Shown here: positions 55,391 through 64,000 of the stretch, piece by piece | Numbering within the stretch: the first letter of the stretch is position 1 | How the letters are laid out: each line of letters begins with the position of its first letter | Assembly: GCA_028023455.1 (NCBI GenBank) | Contig: JAQFVV010000004.1 | Coordinates: 18,786,001-18,850,000 of the forward strand | Direction: 5' to 3' | Source of the DNA: Epiperipatus broadwayi | Lineage: Eukaryota; Animalia; Onychophora | DNA length: 64,000 bases | Translations under genes and position numbers: made by a program | The notes under the pieces: generated by a model | The model's input: the letters and a program-made list of their open reading frames with translations, nothing else | Database searches by the model: none | Told to the model about the DNA's origin: nothing

Positions 55391-56570
55391 ATTTTTGAAC
55401 ATTATAAGAGCATTTCACTCTGGAAACAATGATATAAATAAAAACATTTGAGTTTGTAATTTTTTTATAAAAATTTTTTAGTGCAAACATTAAAATTTAT
55501 GAATCTTGGAATATAACATTATGAAGGTTACTTTTGTTAAATTTAAATGTTTTCCAATTGAAGAATATTTACTTAGTAAAATTTATACTTTATTGTTTTA
55601 TTATTATTACAATAATTAATCTATAATGGACATTTTATTTTATTTAAAATATGATATATATATATATTAACAAAAAAGATATATCAAGAGGAAGCAATGT
55701 TTCTCTTGCTTCCACAGACTGCATGTCATTGAGCCAAGTATATGATATAAATCATGAGAATGATACAAACAACATTTATTATCATGTACATTCATTGCAT
55801 AAAAGTTGATGTTTACATTTACAATCATTGTGTATATATTTATCAATATGTTAAAGAAGTGAAAATTTATTTTATGTCAACTCTGATATTAAGTTATACC
55901 ATCATTTTATAGAATATCTATTTGTGAGCAATGATAAAAAAAAATTCTGAATAACATTATTATCTAAATTTTCTCTTTTGACTTAAACTAATTTATTGAA
56001 AGAATAGTTGGCAAAGAAAACTCTAAACTCTTTCTAAGTGCTAAACACTAATAAGATTTTGAATGATCCTTAATTTCTATTGCTTTCTGGGAAAATAATA
56101 AGCAGTCTATAAACAATACTGCTTCATTGGATTTTTTTTTATTTAATGTGTGTTTGTATAACATTAGTATTATAGTGAAAATGATTAACAGATAAAAGCT
56201 GTTTATCTACATATAGAGCACATGAAAGCTTAATAATTAATGCATTTATAGCCATGTCCATCATCTAAAAATCTAAATTCAAGCAGAATAAACATGGAAA
56301 TTAGGCTTAGGATTTTTCTTCCAGATAGTTGGCTCATGGTCTATGGCTGTTAAAAAGACTTTTGCCCAGCAGTGGGCTATTTAAATACTAATTTACCTTT
56401 TGCTTATATACATGGACATAAATAACTAAATAAAATAAAAACAGTTTTTCCTAAAAATAAAACCTTAATCTATTATGTACTTGCATATCTTAAATAAATA
56501 TATTCTTATAAATATATGCATTATATTTCAATACAATTTGATGATTACAAATTTTAAAAAAGCATGAAAC

Positions 56571-56896
56571 CTGTTAAAATACTAGTCTGTATTTTCACAT
56601 CCTCATTTATCCAAGCTTGGTATTCTGGCAAATTAAATTTTGGAGCTTCATCGTTTACGTCTTCTACATTGACCATCAGCATGGCAGTATTACTTGCACC
56701 TCCCGATTCCGTGGCCGTTAATGTGATGCGGTAGGACTTAGGCTGGCGGATATCCTCGTAGTCCAACTCTTTTGTCAATTTCACGACGCCATTGCTGGGA
56801 TTCGGGATGCTGAATGTGGCCTCTGTAACTGGATCAGCTGACATTGAATATGTAATATCTTTGTCCGCAAACGACTTTGCTTTCACACTTATAACC
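56571..56896 (-). CDS. CadN: Type III classical cadherin (DN-cadherin-like), internal coding exon; EC repeat
   Basis: Acceptor ttacag (AG 56898-56897), donor ACAG|gtttca (GT 56570-56569); 326 bp = 1+108 codons+1. Peptide VISVKAKS...VVKLTKELDYEDIRQPKSYRITLTATESGG...VEDVNDEAPKFNLPEYQA...SILT has LDYE and DxNDxxPxF cadherin motifs and resembles DN-cadherin KLAKELDFEDLRQP as I recall it. Confidence 0.93.
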
Positions 56897-58666
56897 CTGT
56901 AAATAATTTTCATAAATTATATATAAACTTAAAAAAAAAAGAAAAAGAAATTTATACCATAAGACTTATAACTTAAAATATAACCTGACTAATGATAACA
57001 TAAGTTTATTTTGACTATTTTAAGATTTGAAGATGAAACTAAGCATATGCATACTTTCAATTAAATATACTGTAAAAAATCTGAAATAATAAAATAATAA
57101 TAAAATATTAAAAAATTAAATATACATTATACTTTTTTTTTTTACTTCTAAGGGTATTTAAATAATATACAAAGATTATCAGTATTTATTTAAATATAAG
57201 TTTTTACTGTATCTATTAATTATAAAATATCATTAACTAACTTATTAAATTGTTTACAATTGTTCATTTAGTTAAAAAAATAATAATTCAATTATCTAAT
57301 AATATATGTACTGCAACATTCAATAAGACAAATTACATTTTATTCCATTTAAAACTTATTAAAAATTATTGTAGCACTTATTACTCAATATTCAGTACAA
57401 AATTATTATCATATTTTTAAAGATGGATTCCATTCCTTTTTATCCACTACTATATCTTCTCTTCAAAACCTGATAAATCATAAATCAAATTCTTTCTTTT
57501 GCTTTCTTTCTCTCCCACTCCAATTCATCTTGTGCCATTCAGCACAACAGAAAAGAAACAAACATAAGAGCTAAGAGTTTATGAATCACAAACAGAACTT
57601 GTCATTGAGCAACAAACCAGTCAATTATTTTATAGTTTTACTCTGTTCCTAGAAAATATGACTTCTATACGTTTAAGGTGCATTTTCACTCCATCTTTTC
57701 CATTATAATTTTTTTAAATAATATAATATTTATTGATTTATTCTTTTCATCACTTCAAATATTACTAATTCTATTCTTTCAAACTTTTTATCTTTATTTC
57801 CTTCTAAATCTACATCTCAAAAAGCCTTTCACTCCAAGTATTTGTTCTATTTAAAAAAAGCACAAACAAAACATTTAACAAGTACTTTTTAAAAATTTAA
57901 ATTCACCTTCATAATTTAAACACTTGCTTAACTATCACAATTTTTTATTACTAATTCCATCCCTAGATGATTAACTTATCAAGTATTTAAAAGCACTTAT
58001 TTGCTTTATTATTCATTCTAATTACCTCCTTCCTCCTTTCTCTCTCCCTCCCTCTTTCTCAATTTCCCTCGTTTTAGTATTATTTGCATTTATTTTTGCT
58101 TTAAACTTTCAACAAATTGAATGTCTTGTGTGGTTGAAAAATTGGTAGAATGTCAGATTCTGGAGCAAATTTTATGAATTTTACATACATGTGATTTTAT
58201 TAAGCTCATCTCTATTATTTGTGAGTACCAAATCAATACTAATTTAACATCTCAAGAAATGAATATAAAATAAAATAAAGACCTTAATTCATATAGTCCT
58301 TCCCTATATCTGTGTTACAGCCATTTTACCTTTTCAAAAAAAAAAATCTCCTGCATCATAAAGATTGTCTAATAGTCACTTCTTCTTCCAAATAAAATAA
58401 TCCAGTTCATTCTATCAATTGTTTTTCCAAAATCAATAAACTTTTTTACATATCAGTAATAATATTTCTTAGTTCATTCAATTCAGTTCTAGGCCCTCTC
58501 TAATCTTTAGAAAACATTTTTAATAGTGAAGTAATTGCGACTTTAAAAAATATACATAGAATCATGCTATACATTATTTATATAAATATACATTTCTTAT
58601 ATTTATAATAATCAATAAAGCAAGTCATATAGTGTGACATTACTTTTATAAGCTTGTATTTACATG

Positions 58667-59281
58667 TAATATAGAGAGCATATCAATAGCTCAAACAAGC
58701 TCTTAATTGATAAGTGTGGTAAGAGAAAATATTTAAAATCTCTAACTGGAATGTTCTTATCTCCAGACCAATTGATTTTGAGCTTATGACTTACCTCAGT
58801 GAGGAGCCAAAACATTCAGACATTAGATCTAAAATATCAACCCGTTTTAAAACCAGCACTTATTTAATATGTAATATTTAAGTAGAAACTATGAAATTTT
58901 TAGACATGAAAATGTCTTTAACTCCAACTATCTAACTTGCTATACATGACTTGCTTTATTGATTACTATAATTTTATCTTTAAGGCCTTGGCAATGATAA
59001 GGCTATTAATATATGATAGATATTAATTCAGTTCAGTCCCATATAGCTATTTAAGTTAGATAGCTGGAGTTAAAGATATTTTCATGTCTAAAAATTTCAG
59101 TTTCTACTTAAATATTACATATTAAATAAGTGCTGTTTTTGAGTTATTTTAGATCTAGTGTCTGAATGTTCTAGCTCCTCACTGGGGTGAGCCATAAGCT
59201 TAAAACCAATTGGTTTGGAAATAAAAACATTCCAGATAGAGATTTAAAATATTTTCTCTTACTGATATGCTCTCTATATTA
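58667..59281. repeat. Fold-back element: ~250-bp inverted arms around a ~90-bp spacer
   Basis: TAATATAGAGAGCATATCA...CTATCTAACTT mirrored by AAGTTAGATAG...TGATATGCTCTCTATATTA; a ~33-bp insertion in the left arm. Confidence 0.85.
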
Positions 59282-60078
59282 TATATTTATAATTTAAATA
59301 ATAACTCAATAATTTAATATTCTAATTAAATTATGTTTGTTTTGAAAACACAAAAAATGATTTTAAAAATATTAAGACTCACTCAATAGTAATTATGAAT
59401 GAAAATGATATTAGAGATATATAAAAAAATTGTGTATCTGCCAAAATTAAAACAATATATATATAACAATTATATTTTAATATTAAAAATTCATAAAACA
59501 CGTGTAAAAACTAATTTATTTATTTTTTAAAAAATACTAAAATATATATAAATGAAAATTCAGATTCAAATGTGAACATTGCATATGCATGCATGAATTC
59601 ACACACATATAGTCAACTAAAATAAATATTATGCTTTAAAAAATAGCAACAAATAAAACTAATCCATTTTCTGACAAAAGATATATACAAATTGTTTATT
59701 ACTAAAGATACCCAACAAAGATATATATCTAAAGTGAACCAATCTTTTCGTTAAATCAAAATCATTAAACATATAAATTTAAAGTTTTTATAAATCCATT
59801 CATTATAATAAATTGTTTTTCAGATAAAGACAGATTATAATTAAGTGAAATACATTGGTGATGTCATTTCATGCAATAAATCTTCCTCATAAAATATGTG
59901 AAAGTTTGCAGCAAAAAATATTTTCTTCATTATCTAATTATACTAACACCAAAATTAAATTTAGAAAATAAATATTACATTAACTAAAATGCAACTAAGA
60001 TTCATACAGCTAAATCATAATTAGAATACAATTTAGGAAAAGTAATAATTTGCAATAAAAAATAAAAACTTTTTGAGA

Positions 60079-60150
60079 GCGTTGGTGGCCTAGCGGTTAG
60101 CAAAGCTGCCTTCCAATCAGCTGGCCCAGGTTCGCTTCCCGGTCAACGCA
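60079..60150 (+). pseudogene. tRNA-Gly(TCC)-derived retrocopy/pseudogene
   Basis: GCGTTGG...CTTCCAA...TCAACGCA is 72 nt and clearly tRNA-Gly(TCC)-like, but has mismatches in the D, anticodon and T stems and T-loop TTCGCTT; followed by a 10-nt trailer, A15, and a 10-bp TSD AAAAACTTTT (60064-60073, 60171-60180). Confidence 0.8.
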
Positions 60151-61589
60151 TTTGGCATATAAAAAAAAAAAAAAACTTTTATTCCTTAGATTATTTTAAA
60201 TAATTTTTATCATAAACTGCATTAAAAATGAATTAGACAATATACATAATTTAAGCCCAAGTGGGTTTTATTTTTATTATATATATCAAATTAAATTTTT
60301 TCTTCTATACATAGGCATTGCTAGAATTATTTACCAAAATAATTTTATTTAAAATCAAAATTGATTTTATATGCATAATGGTACAATAAATAGAAAAGTA
60401 ATCAATGATAAATGTATATTTTCATGAAGAAGAAAAAACTTACATTAGATTTTAACTATTAATGAAGGAATAGTAGTAGAAGTTACCTTGGAAAAATTAT
60501 TTTAAATCTGAATAAATTATTAAAAATGGTACTAATGCATGGCATGGATTAATGCAGTAGTGTGTCGATTACATTTCTGGTGCTTCCAACATTTGAATTT
60601 CTTATGAATGCTTAAAGCAATAAAGCCATTTAATATGAATATTATATTTGATAAAATGTTTACAATTTATAATAATAAATGGAAAAATATAGTTAATAAT
60701 AATGTTTACTGATTAATTTATCATCACTAATTCTAAACTTTGTAACCTTTCTTTTAGTAAACTATTCAAAGTTTGTGATACATCATAAAAAACCATCATA
60801 TTAGCAAAAAGGAAAACTATAATGCATGATTAAATTAATTGTTTCTGCCAATGTTTATAGAAATATTATAATGTAAATTAATATACACCTGGGTCTCGTT
60901 TTATGCGATAGATAGGTTCTTCAGAAAATGCGCTCAAAAAAAATCGCACAAAAATAAACTTAACTTACCTTGAAAAATGGGGGACAGGTTCTGTAATTTT
61001 CTTTAATCGCATAAAAGCAAAGCAACAAGGAAAAATTACTTTAAAATTCGCATTAAAAAAATAAAAAAATAAAGTATGACTAATAAAAAATTTCAAATAT
61101 TTGAAAAAAATTAATACAAGACAACCTTTTTTTACTTTTTTTATTAACTACAGTATTTGATTTTATATTTTTCCATACATATTTTAATCATTACCGCTAT
61201 TTGACAATATGCGTTCATTTGTGAACTAGTAAGAAATCAGATTCATGACATGATGTACAACTAGCGCCACTTTCAGTCCTGTGTTGTTTCTATATTTAAA
61301 AAATGAGATCGCAATCAAAACAAAAAGATTATACATTAAAGATTATTTTCAGTTTATAAAATCTTCATTATTATTTATTTTTAAAATCTAAAAAAACATT
61401 TGTTTCTGTTAATATCTAACAAAATACATTTTAAAAGTTTAAAATTTTTGAATATTTATTGCGATATTTTTATACGTACGTATAAATCTATTATTATTAT
61501 TATTATTTACTCATTAGTATAATTAAGTTATTTACATAGAAGCTAAGATTCTAAATACAGCTCCAGGCCATATTCACGTTAGCTGCTAA

Positions 61590-64000
61590 TATCATTATCA
61601 TCATCATCATCAACCATTATCAATCCACTGCAGGAGGAAGGTCTCTCCAAGTTCAATCCATCTTTTCCGATCTTTAGCTTCTCTTCTGCACGTCACTCCT
61701 GCACACTTTCTTATTTCATCCATCCATCTAACATGTGGTCTCTTTCTGGGTCTTTTACAATCTCTTGGAATCCAGTTTAAGATTTCAATTGTCCATCTAT
61801 TATCATCTCTTCTAGCAATATGTCCAGCCCAACACCACATCAATCTTTTAATTTTTTCATGTTTGTTCTCTTACCCATACGTTGCGTTTTCGATCTCTTC
61901 TTGTTATTCCCAACAGGCATCTCTCCGTATTTCTTTGAGAGGTCTGAAGTCTCTGTATTGCTCTTCTATTAAGTGTTCAAGACTCAGATCCATAAATAAG
62001 AACTGTTAAAACATTTATTAAAAACCTTCCTTTTCAAACACATAAGTGTATTTCCTTTTAGTATCAAGTTATTTCTACCAAAAGCACTCCAACTAAGTTT
62101 AATTCTATGATTAATTTCATCCATTACGTTTCCATCTGTATTAATAATCTGACCAAGATATTTGTAACTGTTAACTGCTTCTAACTCATCATAATCAATC
62201 TTTATTTTCACATTTTGAGAAAATCGATTAAACATTACTTTAGTCTTTTTAACATTTATCTTTAGTCCTACTTTCATCTGATAATTCTGCAATATTTCCT
62301 GCAGCTCTAAAGCATTATTTGCAAAAACAACTACATCATCTGCAAAATCTAAATGACTTAAATAATCTCCATTTACTTCCACTCCTTTAGCTTCCCATTT
62401 TAATCCACAAAATACTTCTTGCAGCACTGCTGTAAAAAGTTTTGGAGATATGGAATCACCCTGTCTTACACCCTTCTCAATGTTGACTTTCCCAGTATCA
62501 TTATGTAATCTAATTGTTGCTGTTGCATTTTTATCAATATATCCTGGATCTATACCTTGATGATCCAATGCATTAATCACTGAAGAAATGTTTATAGAAT
62601 CAAATGCCTTTTCATAATCTACAAATCCTAAGCATAATGGCAACTCATATTCATTTGTCCTTTCTATAACTTCTCTCAATACCTGGATATGATCTACTGT
62701 ACTAAAACCACTTTTAAATCCAGCTTGTTCTCTTGGTTGGTGGAAATCCAATGTTCTCTGTAGATGAGTTGTAATCATCTTGGTAAAAATTTTGTATAAA
62801 ACTGATAAAAGGCTAATAGGTCTGTAATTTCTAATATCTTCTTTATCACCTTTTTTAAATATTAATATTAGTACTGCATTTTTCCAATCATCTGGTACAT
62901 CTTTATCATTTAGACATTTGGTATATAACTTTGCTAAAAAAAATTCTATTTCTTCACCTGCTTCTTTTAATATATCAATTGTAATTGCATCATTACCTGG
63001 AGCCTTTCCTTTCTTCATATATTTAACTGCATGTCTCACTTCTTCATTTAAAATTCTGGGCAATTCGGAAGATGTAATAGATATAGGAGGTACTTGTTCT
63101 TTATTACTATATAATTCTTGATAAAAATCTTCTGCCCATTTCATGATGTCATCTCTCTTTTTTGTAATAATTCTATCTTTTTTTCTTATTGCAGATATAA
63201 ATTTCCTACCAATACCAAAATGTTGTTTTACATTCTTGATACTTTTATTTTCTTCTACAGCTTTCCTTGCTAGTTCACAGTTATACTTTCTTATATCATT
63301 TTCAACTCTTTTCCACGTCATTTTACAAAATTTGAGATATTCAATTCTTTCTAATGCATCAATTTTGTATATATTCATATTCCTTCTTTTCTTCATAAAT
63401 TCTCTAGTCTCAGCAGAAATTTTATTGGTCAATTGCTGCTTTTTTCTACCAGCTATCTTTGTTGCAGTTTTTAAAAGTGTATCAGTTATTTTCATATCAA
63501 TTTCATTCAAATCTGAATCATGTTCAAAATCTACTAATACTTGAAACCGATTTGTAAGTTCTAATTTAAATTCATTAGAATGTTTCTGAAGATTAGGAAT
63601 ATCAACTGTAAATATTGTTTTCCTTAATAATTTTTGTCTCTCTAGTTTTGCATTAACACGTATCTTACATCTTACTAGTCGATGATCACTTCCTGTGTTA
63701 AATTTATTAAGAACATTACAATCTTGAAATGTGTATTTTCTGTTAGTCAAAATATAATCCAATTCTGCTGTACCTTCATTTGGATGCTTCCATGTCCATT
63801 TCCTTTTAATATTTTTCTCAAAAAAAGAATTCATAATATTAAGTTTTTCTTTTTCTGCAAACTCCACAAGTCTATGTCCTCTCTCATTTCTATTACCATA
63901 ACCAAAACTACCTACAGCATTTTCATCTTTTATTTGTTTACCAATTCTAGCATTAAAGTCTCACATAACAATTTTAAAATGTTGTTTCCTCTGATCAAAA
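61590..64000 (-). mobile_element. RTE-clade non-LTR retrotransposon (APE + RT), mildly decayed, runs off the window edge
   Basis: 627-aa ORF 61984-63867 with GKAPG, NYRPISLLS, EQAGFKSGFSTVDH, FVDYEKAFDS, GVRQGDSISPKLF, FADD, YKYLG; APE motifs M*DFNA (stop replacing Gly) and LDYIL/SDHRLV; C-terminal WAGHIARR..RW in 61610-61843; (TGA)n tail at ~61590-61611. Small deletions/frameshifts near 62000 and 62280. Confidence 0.92.

Noticed and set aside
60079-60150. Functional tRNA-Gly gene
   Set aside because: Mismatches in three stems, altered T-loop/B-box, and poly(A) plus TSD point to a retrocopy.
62918-63544. Plus-strand hydrophobic ORFs 62918-63121 and 63143-63544
   Set aside because: Antisense shadows of the Lys/Glu-rich RTE ORF.

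Overview
Very AT-rich (roughly three-quarters A+T by eye), CpG-depleted animal nuclear DNA, most likely an invertebrate. There are no prokaryotic features and no CRISPR. The window is almost entirely intronic sequence of a minus-strand type III classical cadherin gene (DN-cadherin/CadN-like). Two coding exons are clear (56571-56896 and 49714-50357, GT-AG, phase-compatible), and I found no further cadherin exon in the 49.7 kb downstream. The introns hold many mobile elements: an RTE LINE and its fragments, Penelope-like elements carrying hammerhead-ribozyme-like motifs (one pair forms a ~1.9 kb inverted repeat), a Merlin transposon with TIRs and TSD, hAT and Merlin-type MITEs, fold-back elements and a retroposed tRNA-Gly. 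Less obvious signals are: (i) a ~3.6 kb segment present twice that appears to be a decayed LRR-containing GPCR gene; (ii) a ~9 kb decayed minus-strand coding block with SF1-helicase-like and possibly PolB-like motifs; (iii) a CpG-retaining cluster at 42.6-45.3 kb that may be regulatory. All protein-family calls are by-eye motif recognition; no searches were run.
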